This document shows positions 12,974 to 22,482 of a stretch of 34,624 nucleotides of DNA, in pieces. Source of the stretch: Octopus bimaculoides. Its lineage: Eukaryota. The DNA lies in NCBI RefSeq assembly GCF_001194135.2, contig NC_068997.1, positions 17,653,965 to 17,688,588 of the forward strand. The letters run 5' to 3'. Each line of letters starts with the position of its first letter. Position 1 is the first letter of the stretch. Under the pieces are notes generated by a model. That model was not told the DNA's origin and did not search any database. It was given only the letters and a program-made list of their open reading frames with translations. The position numbers were made by a program, and so were the translations under genes.

Positions 12974-13256
12974 CTTAAGTACGAAGTAGTTCGGTTACAG
13001 AAAATGAAGGAGGTGAAGATAGTGCCAATTATTGTTGGGACCTTGGGATCATTATCAGAAGGAATCAAGAAGAATATAAATGAAATTGGAATAGTGAACC
13101 CACTAAAACTGTTACAAAAGGTCTGCCTCCTTTGGCACGGCCAGAATAATCAGAAAAGCATTAGGTTGCTGAAAAGAGCGAATAGCATGGTGCCGTAGGC
13201 TGCTGGTTGTAAGCCCGCTACGCATGCAAGACACTAGAAGATGCAACAAAACCTGT
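12974..13256 (+). mobile_element. 5'-truncated R4/Dong-like LINE 3' end (frameshifted), with TGA/TAA tail
   Basis: LKYEVVRLQKMKEVKIVPIIVGTLGSLSEGIKKNINEIGIVNPLKLLQKVCLL, then after a +1 slip near 13131 GTARIIRKALGC* (TGA 13170-13172). This is the C-terminal motif of REL-endonuclease LINEs. The 3' UTR is followed by (TGA)/(TAA)n at 13256-13324. Confidence 0.88.
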
Positions 13257-13272
13257 GATGATGATGATAATG

Positions 13273-13324
<52 letters not shown>

Positions 13325-13326
<2 letters not shown>

Positions 13327-13789
13327 CACAGATAGAGAAATTAAGGCAAATAGACCAGATATAGCTGTCAAAGATCATGAAGAAAAAAATGCTTTCTAAT
13401 TGATGTATCAATACCAGCAGATGACAACGTTTCTCTAAAAGAAATGGAAAAACTTTCAAAATACAAAGACCTGGAAATAGAGATAACTCGAATGTGGAAT
13501 CTAAAAACAGAAACAATTCCTATCATAGTAGGTGCCTTAGGCATAATAAAAAAATATTCAGACAAATACATAACAACAACACCAGGACTTACAAATATAT
13601 ATAACATACAGAAAATTGCACTACTGGGTACTGCACACATCCTACGCAAAACACTTTCAATAGAGTAACCATAAGAGCACCACAGCAAATCACAGCACAT
13701 ACCCAAGGCGCACAGAGCTGCGCTCGGTAGTGAAGTGAAAGCACGTTATAAAAATAACTACTGAACAATAATAATAATAATAATAATAA
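13325..13789 (+). mobile_element. 5'-truncated R4/Dong-like LINE with most of the PD-(D/E)xK restriction-like endonuclease domain
   Basis: HTDREIKANRPDIAVKDHEEK / (1-bp deletion in the A-run at about 13383-13389) / CFLIDVSIPADDNVSLKEMEKLSKYKDLEIEITRMWNLKTETIPIIVGALGIIKKYSDKYITTTPGLTNIYNIQKIALLGTAHILRKTLSIE* (stop 13666-13668). Carries the RPD, IDV and EK..KY..L catalytic motifs. 3' UTR then (TAA)n. Confidence 0.93.
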
Positions 13790-13799
13790 CGATGATGAC

Positions 13800-13867
13800 T
13801 TCTTGTTTTGGCATAAGGCCAGCAATCTCGGAAGAGTGGCTAAGTCAATTAAATTGACCCCAGCAAC
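13800..13867 (-). mobile_element. SINE family 3 3' tail fragment, reverse orientation
   Basis: TTCTTGTTTTGGCATAAGGCCAGCAATCTCGGAAGAGTGGCTAAGTCAATTAAATTGACCC resembles the tail region of 31356-31530 and 9421-9480. Confidence 0.65.
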
Positions 13868-14130
13868 TTCTTCTACTACCATATAAGCTGTGCATATATA
13901 TGATCAATAAGACACAATGCAGTTGTCTTGTGCTTCTATGTTGAAATATTATATGAAGCATGGAAACATAGATGAAAGCTAAAAGATAAAATGGAGTGTA
14001 ATATGTATGCATATATATACACACGTGTGTATGTAAGTTTGTGTATTGCGTGTCTCTATGTCTGTGTGTGTATGTTTGTGTCTATGTGTGTGCGGGTGCA
14101 GTTGCCCTGGTGGTGGTGGTGGGGGGAAAT

Positions 14131-14162
14131 CCAACGTTTCGGATATTGTCCCTCTTCAGGGG
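14131..14162 (-). ncRNA. Minimal type-I hammerhead-ribozyme-like motif (Penelope-like element type)
   Basis: Minus strand reads CCC-CTGAAGA-G-GGA(CAATA)TCC-GAAA-CG-TT-GG: intact CUGANGA and GAAA core, 3-bp stem II, palindromic ACGT stem III, GUU triplet and a 2-bp stem I. Confidence 0.6.
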
Positions 14163-15822
14163 AAAATTGGAAATTGAAGTTAATGAGGTAAGTCGAGATT
14201 TACATAGTCGAAGCTAAACAAATTGTCTGCAGCTCATAATCTTGCAGCCCATCTCTCGTCAATTTGGCGTCTGCTTAATCATATCTATCCATGTATAAAT
14301 CCACACATACCTTCATACATGCAGACATACATACATAAATACATACATAAATACATATATACTTACATATATATATATACGTATATATAGTTATATATAT
14401 TTATATGTATGTTTGATCTATGTGTATATATATATGTATATATACATACATACATACATANNNNNNNNNNNNNNNNNNNNNNNNNNNNNNNNNNNNNNNN
14501 NNNNNNNNNNNNNNNNNNNNNNNNNNNNNNNNNNNNNNNNNNNNNNNNNNNNNNNNNNNNNNNNNNNNNNNNNNNNNNNNNNNNNNNNNNNNNNNNNNNN
14601 NNNNNNNNNNNNNNNNNNNNNNNNNNNNNNNNNNNNNNNNNNNNNNNNNNNNNNNNNNNNNNATATATATATATATATATATAATCTCACATATGTTCGT
14701 GAGTGCGTGTATGTGTGAATGTATTTATGCGTTTTATGAGTTAATGTAAAATTAAAAATATCTAAATTTTGGATAATTATACATTATCGAACATTTCAAG
14801 AAGAAATTTTATTTTTCTCTTTACTTTATGAATACTTTCATAGTCTCAGTCTTTTGTGTGAGAAATATTGAAATATTGAATAATCATAAACATTTTAGGT
14901 TTATACAAGCGAAACTAATCATCAGGCGTCTATGTAATAGAAAATTTGTTAAATATTTCATTTGTAACAGTAATAACATTCAGAGCTAAATGAATTTATT
15001 CCAGACAATAAGTGTAGAATAAATTGTACATTTCTGAGTTTATAATTATATATAACTTTTGCTGTATACTAATTCTAGACTATGAATATTGTTGCTTTGG
15101 AACTAACTACATAAATGAACTTCAATAACGGACAAGTTATTAATAAATAAGTAGACGTACGTTCAATCTACAAGTTTCCTACAATTCAAGTATCATGTGA
15201 CATAATCAAAATCAACATGTTGTTGTTGTTATTATTATTATTATTACTATGATTATTATTATTATTGTTATTATTATTATTATTATTAAATAAATAATAT
15301 CTGATGAAAACAAAGGAATATTTTGCCTGCTTATGTAGACAATATTTAAATGTATTATTATTATAATAATTATCATTGCCACTAGTCGGCAGACTAAACT
15401 CAATTGCTATACCTATTTGTCGTAATATATTTCTATTGCATTTGTTTTTCATGTAATTTCGTTTATCACAAGACCCGTATCATGTTAAATATATATATTG
15501 AATAAATCTGAGAGACGTGTATAATAATATCCTGATGATTTCATATATGAAAAATACCACGAACAAAAATTCGGAAGAAGATAATAATTATGGTTACATT
15601 TTGCTTAGGAATCGTTAATAACTGCAGGAATTCGGATTCTGGTGAGGATGCTTATTTAATAAAAAGGTCAGGCAATCTGATGATCATCCCTAGCAATATC
15701 TAATCCGGGATTTTTATGACTTAGAAAACAAAGATCGTCGTTCCATTCGACATATTCATGGATTGCTAGATGCGTATGAGAAGCAGAAGATATCCTCAGA
15801 CCGGACTCCGGTCCCAAATACT

Positions 15823-15989
15823 TCAACCGAATGTATTCCGATGATGAATGCCATATATGTCAGGTGTTGGTGTAAAGTTAGGTGACGTAATAATTCCATC
15901 ACGTGAGAAATAGGACAAACAGTCTCCAATTGGCTCCACATCGTCTCTGTACTCCCAACTTCCCTCACAAGATATCAGTTGATCCGAGC
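15823..15989 (-). CDS. Candidate exon or pseudo-exon encoding a sushi(CCP)-like C-terminal half followed by a CUB-like start
   Basis: Good acceptor (minus strand TATTTTTTTCAATACAG|G). Phase-1 reading (G)SDQLISCEGSWEYRDDVEPIGDCLSYFSRDGIITSPNFTPTPDIYGIHHRNTFG*. No strong donor precedes the stop and no partner exon was established. Confidence 0.35.
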
Positions 15990-17348
15990 CTGTATTGAAA
16001 AAAATACGTATAACACACTGCCGCATTATCAAATCCTAAACTACATGGTAATGCAAATTTATTAATCACACTGTTGTTACTTTTATTGGTTACTTATCTT
16101 GAATAGGAGGGAATAAAGGTAGTGATGCAGAAAAATCTTTGCGCAACAAATGGATCGATAATTGCTTCATATTTTTCATGCTTAATGTTATTACGAGAGA
16201 AATACTTCTAATGTTTGAATTCAGTAACGATTATTACGGTACTCGAGTGTAGAGTAACAATGGGAAGGTTTAAACGAAACCCTTATAATCTAGCAACTGT
16301 AAGAACAAAGACATATACGAACCATATATGAAAGTAATGTTCTATAGCTATATCAGTTAATGAATGCCATATGAATAACCATAATTCGATTCGCAGAAAC
16401 TCGGAAATTCCTATGGACAGACATAATTCTAATGAGTGTTTTAAAACGGTCAATGCTGAAACATGTATAACTGCGTAGCCTAATTTTGCATAAACACTTA
16501 CAATATGTGTAGTCTCATAACAATTATGGGGTTTTCAACGCAATGGCCATACGAAGGTAATAAAATCATAGATTCGAACGGCCTAAAGTAGGGGAGGGAA
16601 AACTTTTTTCGTACTAGAAATGAATTGCAGGCGCATAAGAAACTACAGGGACGAATTTGTGCAGGGGAAACTAATGACCATTAATTTTATCAATTCATGG
16701 ATATTTCTCTTAAATTAAATTAATATTTTTCTTCAGAATTTTTCTCTTTATCTTTTATATTATGTTCTTATTTTGTAGTATTGTTTCCCTTGTGGCGTTT
16801 TTAGGGAATGAGTCAGTGGATATTTCAGAACTCAAATCCGGGTGAAATTTTAACCTCGGTGAGGTATTTTTACCCGTGGTCCAAAACTAAGACATGTTTA
16901 TTTCGTAGTTCTGTTTGACATAATGCTAAATGATGTGTATATATGTTCTGAAGCGTGTTCGTTTTCTATTTAATTCCAGTTTTTCGGACTACTTAATAAA
17001 GATAAAATCAAATTTGCTAGTATGGAACAATATGATCACGATCGGAAATCAAAATGACGGCATCATGATAAAGGCACAAATTTCGAAAATGTTTAACTTC
17101 GATAGGAGTGAGAATTCTCTAATAATTATAAAGTTAACCGAACACCAAAAGAGATCCGTTTCCAAATGAGAGAAGAAAGAGAAGCAAAATGCTACAATAT
17201 TTATAAGGATAAAATATATCATCATATATAAAGAATGTTGATATAGGGTAACTGTCATTCCTTCACAGAATAATTGTACTAAATGCTACTAACTTTAAAT
17301 GCATGTGTGCGTGAGTGTGCGTGTTTGTGTGTGTATTTTAGTGACTGT

Positions 17349-17535
17349 ATTTGTCCCTCCCCATTGCTTGACAACCGATGTTGGTGTGTAGCGGTTCTGC
17401 AAATAGAGAGCAATGAAATAAGTAGTAGGTTTACAAAGGATACGTACTGGGATCGATTTGTTCGACAAAAAGACGTTGCTCCATCATGGCCGCAGTCAAA
17501 ATTACTAAAACAAGGAAAAGAATAAAAGAATAAGA
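17349..17535 (+). mobile_element. SINE family 1, 3' half only, diverged
   Basis: TTTGTCCCTCCCCATTGCTTGACAACCGATGTTGGTGTG...GCTCCATCATGGCCGCAGTCAAAATTACTAAAACAAG matches 3808-3990. Starts right after a TG-rich tract. Confidence 0.85.
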
Positions 17536-18685
17536 ATAAATATATCTAGATATAAAGCCACTGAGGTGTGTGAAAAAGAACTATATTTTTGTAATGGAAT
17601 TATGAAAGGGCGTAGAAAAACATTCTTATATCCATGTCCTCTCCCTTTCCCCCTCTAGTTGCCACCTTCATATTCTTCTGTATTCCATTTTAGTTTAGAT
17701 ATCACGGCACGTAGCCTCTTCAGTAGGTATCAGTTTAAACCTAACGGATGTTATTTCAGTTAATACAATACAACCAAGCGAAAAGTCTCAACCTCCCTAA
17801 CCTGATACGCATCAATTCCGAGGCGCATTGTCTATTTAATGACTGCGTTTGCACACACATCCGTACACACACACGAAACACACTCAAAATTGTATTTGAA
17901 TAAATAGATAAATATATATACGCACATATAGTTATACATATATTTATACACACACATATGTATACGTATATATATATACAAAGTCATAGAAAAGATCATC
18001 ATAAATACCTCGGATTGGGGGTGAGAAAATTGTAAGAAACTGTTTTACAAATATATGAGTGTGTGTCTGTGTTGTGTGTGTGTATTTGTGTGTAAGGGTG
18101 TATGTGTTAATGTGTGTACATGTATACGTGTAGCCTCCGTGTGCTCAAATTTTCATTGTGTTGAAACGAGAATAGCTTTGCACACATAATGTTGTGATTA
18201 AATATCCGTTAGAGCAAATACGCATGTACATTGAATAGATTACCATACTTCCATTCTTTTACATTTAAAACCGATCATTTCCCCTACCTCTGCATCAGAT
18301 TCTGTAACTAAATATACATAGGCACATACACATGTGTGTATACATGTGTAAGTACGTATATATATNNNNNNNNNNNNNNNNNNNNNNNNNNNNNNNNNNN
18401 NNNNNNNNNNNNNNNNNNNNNNNNNNNNNNNNNNNNNNNNNNNNNNNNNNNNNNNNNNNNNNNNNNNNNNNNNNNNNNNNNNNNNNNNNNNNNNNNNNNN
18501 NNNNNNATATATATACACATATATATATATACACATATGAATGTACGTATTATGAATATATATATATACATATATATATATGTATGTATACATACATAAA
18601 ACATACATACATACATACATGCATATATACATACATACACATACATACATACATACAAACATACATACATACATACATACATATA

Positions 18686-19570
18686 CCAGGTTGAGTCGAA
18701 AATGTTTTCGAGTTTCAAGCTTTAAATTCATCCTGCAAAGGAATTACCTTGGGAAAGCGTTTATTCATCAACATATATTCAATCATATTCTTTTGCCTTT
18801 CGTTATGTTTGTGCCAAAGACTCAAATTCCACATTGAGATCATCTGGCTAGTTTATAGCACTCTGAATTTATTTTCAACCACTTCCACATCGCGGAACGT
18901 CCATCGCTGCAGGAATTGGCTCATGGCTCAGAAAAATGTCCTAATTTCATGGTGTAAGATCAGGAATATTGGCAGGTAGAAGGAGCAAGTCTATCACCTC
19001 GAGTCCTTCGAGTTTACACCTCACCAATTTGACAGTGTGTGTTGTGTATTGTAGGTGTGGGTATTTATGATTGACCAATTCCGAGTAGCGGGCTTTCAAA
19101 ACATCATATAGAAAAATCGACCTTTGGTCATGAATGATCGTGGGATTGCATCTAGATAGTTTCCCTCCGAGGCACAAGTCCGGACAACTTTGTTTAAGGA
19201 AGACCAGCAGTCACTCATGCATACCAGCCTCTCCTCCCCACATCACCGATCTTATCCAAGGGGAAAGCTGATGCAGCTTGATACCAGCGACGTTGCAAAT
19301 CATTTCTATAGCTGAGTCATCTGGAGCAACTTTAGATTAAATGCATTGCTGAAGATCACAACACACAGTCCGGGAATCGAACTCACTACTTCATGATTGT
19401 GAGCCCGACGCTCTAAACAGAGAGCCATACACTTTCATATTAAAACATCATACACTCGCTGTAGTTATTCAGCATAAAGTTTAACGTTTGCAGCACGACC
19501 ACCGTATGGGGCAAGCAAGAGTGCTGCATTCCCTCGAAATGCGAATAACACACACCAACATACCCTTCTG
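18686..19570 (-). mobile_element. Mariner-family DNA transposon relic (3' part of the transposase plus one TIR), interrupted by a SINE
   Basis: After removing the SINE, the minus strand reads ...NVKLYAE*LQRVYDVLKARYSELVNHKYPHLQYTTHTVKLVRCKLEGLEVIDLLLLPANIPDLTP*N*D..FLQRWTFRDVEVVENKFRVL. This is a degraded version of the mariner 'N...Y..QL.R....L...RP.LVNRK...LQHDNARPH....HPPYSPDLAPSDY' region. The end is TA|CCAGGTTGAGTCGAAAATGTTTTCGAG (TA at 18684-18685). Confidence 0.85.
19109..19441 (-). mobile_element. tRNA-derived SINE, family 4, full length with an 11-bp TSD
   Basis: Head and B-box appear on the plus strand as GGGAATCGAACTCACTACTTCATGATTGTGAGCCCGACGCTCTAA. The direct repeat AAAACATCATA lies at 19098-19108 and 19442-19452. 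Confidence 0.93.
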
Positions 19571-19940
19571 TTCTAGTGTGTTTGAATGAGACAGGATAAT
19601 ATACATTGATAAAATCTCTTAGCTAAAAAAAAAAGAGCAATAATCTTGTAATAGTAACCTATTCTTCAGGCAGTGATTTGATCGACGTAGGGTAAGATTT
19701 TGGAGGGCAGAGAAGGTAACCTGTTCTTGTGATTTCATAAACACGTTTAACAATTATTCGGGTTGTAAAATTTACCACCTCACACTCGCTTGGAAGTGAC
19801 GACTAAGCTTGATATGATCTTCTTCGCTGTAAAGACAGTGCCCCAGCTTAGTTGCAGTCCAATCCCTACAAACATAGGAATAAATATATTTTTTTGCATA
19901 TCATCTATAGCCACATGTGTCACATTTTAAAAGTTCACCC

Positions 19941-19972
<32 letters not shown>

Positions 19973-20765
19973 NNNNNNNNNNNNNNNNNNNNNNNNNNNN
20001 NNNNNNNNNNNNNNNNNNNNNNNNNNNNNNNNNNNNNNNNNNNNNNNNNNNNNNNNNNNNNNNNNNNNNNNNNNNNNNNNNNNNNNNNNNNNNNNNNNNN
20101 NNNNNNNNNNNNNNNNNNNNNNNNNNNNNNNNNNNNNNNNNNNNNNNNNNNNNNNNNNNNNNNNNNNNNNNNNNNNNNNNNNNNNNNNNNNNNNNNNNNN
20201 NNNNNNNNNNNNNNNNNNNNNNNNNNNNNNNNNNNNNNNNNNNNNNNNNNNNNNNNNNNNNNNNNNNNNNNNNNNNNNNNNNNNNNNNNNNNNNNNNNNN
20301 NNNNNNNNNNNNNNNNNNNNNNNNNNNNNNNNNNNNNNNNNNNNNNNNNNNNNNNNNNNNNNNNNNNNNNNNNNNNNNNNNNNNNNNNNNNNNNNNNNNN
20401 NNNNNNNNNNNNNNNNNNNNNNNNNNNNNNNNNNNNNNNNNNNNNNNNNNNNNNNNNNNNNNNNNNNNNNNNNNNNNNNNNNNNNNNNNNNNNNNNNNNN
20501 NNNNNNNNNNNNNNNNNNNNNNNNNNNNNNNNNNNNNNNNNNNNNNNNNNNNNNNNNNNNNNNNNNNNNNNNNNNNNNNNNNNNNNNNNNNNNNNNNNNN
20601 NNNNNNNNNNNNNNNNNNNNNNNNNNNNNNNNNNNNNNNNNNNNNNNNNNNNNNNNNNNNNNNNNNNNNNNNNNNNNNNNNNNNNNNNNNNNNNNNNNNN
20701 NNNNNNNNNNNNNNNNNNNNNNNNNNNNNNNNNNNNNNNNNNNNNNNNNNNNNNNNNNNNNNNNN

Positions 20766-20796
<31 letters not shown>

Positions 20797-20904
20797 CATA
20801 TATATATATGTGCCTATTCCTCATTTCTACATCATGTTTACGAATCTGTTGATCTTCCAAAATCGAGATTATGGTAGACCTTCTCTCAGGCTTGTTATAT
20901 TATA

Positions 20905-21060
20905 AATCATCTCCCTTCTCTAAATCTCTTCCTCAATATCTATCAAGTTTTCTCTTCCTCAATATCTTCTCTTCCACTCTCTCCTATTTCCCATTCTCCC
21001 TCTCTCCTTCTCTCTAACTTTATCACTTTCCCTCTGATTTACTTTCCACCTCTCTATCGA
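20905..21060. repeat. Polypyrimidine (CT-rich) low-complexity tract with an internal 17-bp duplication
   Basis: TCTCTTCCTCAATATCT occurs twice (about 20925 and about 20951); strong C/T strand bias. Confidence 0.8.
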
Positions 21061-21270
21061 TCACTTTAATGACTCCACCTTGTAACTATTTATTTACCAA
21101 AATATCTCAACTTGTCATCCATTTCCTTGAATAATTTTGATCCCCTTTCTTCTTCTTCGATAATTGACCCGTTCCCGTATTGTAAGGATCTTTATTTACC
21201 CTTACACATAATTCTTGGACCCTTCTAACCACACCACAAACATCCACAACTAAGTACACACAAAGAAACG

Positions 21271-21301
<31 letters not shown>

Positions 21302-22448
21302 TCGTCAGCACACACACACGCGTCAGCACACACACACACGTCAGCACACACGCACACACTAACCTAAGTTCACAAATAGAAACACTTATATTCACGCTTA
21401 CACACATACACTAACGCATGCCCATGCGTAAACACGTTTCGTTTCTGCACTTTAATATCGTGTCTTCCTCTCTCATGTCTTCCTTCTCTCTCACACTCTA
21501 TAAATATACGTGTATATAAGTGCTTCTGCGTGAATATGAACGTATGTATATCTATATCTATGTTTATGCACGTGTGTATGTATACATGTGTATATGTCAG
21601 TGAGTGTGTACGTTTTTACACACACACTTAGGTTATCCTTTCTATCTCCCCACTGTAGACACATTCATTTCGTCAAAACTCTTATATCTTTTGCCAGGCG
21701 TTCGGAACTGTACGGTTTCCTTATTGTGTTTGTTTACGTTTGTCTATTGACATAGAAATGTATATGAGTGTATTAAGACGAACGAATTGGTTTATATATT
21801 CATAGGAAACCAGAAACCTGTCCAGCTGAGTAACATCTGACTGCTTTATGGGACCTTCGAAACACTTATTTAGCCAAGCAGTCAGTTAGGCGGTGAGCTA
21901 ACCCGTCTTACATCCACTCATTTATACAGGCAGGCTTCTTCCCCATTCAAACATCTCTATAATAACGGATATGTCATTGAAACCACCTTTCCCCATGGTT
22001 CCCACGATTCCCTGCTTGTCTAGAAACTGTTTAGGAATTGGGACAAATAATAAACAAATTGAACGGATAAGAAAAGGGATACTCTTTAAGCGCTCCCGTT
22101 CAACTTTAGAAGAAATGTACTGGTCCATACACTCTAAGATTATCATCGTATTATACGAAATTGGTCAGCATGGTTGTAGACTTACGCTATATACATACAA
22201 AGAAAGACAGCCAGAGAGGATATGTGTGTACAATATGTGTGTGAGCGTGTGTATGTATATGTGTGTGTATGTGTGTGTAAATATGTATACATATATCGGA
22301 ACATGTAGTTGAACCTGCCTACTTACATTCCCTACTCCGAAAATATTTTTCAGTATAATTATCCGGTATTTATAATCTTCCNNNNNNNNNNNNNNNNNNN
22401 NNNNNNNNNNNNNNNNNNNNNNNNNNNNNNNNNNNNNNNNNNNNNNNN

Positions 22449-22482
<34 letters not shown>

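Noticed and set aside
19640-19670. Minus-strand CTGAAGA followed by a 4-5 bp hairpin
   Set aside because: No GAAA-like box after the stem, so not a hammerhead. The same applies to CTGACGA at about 32877 and CTGATGA at about 15533.
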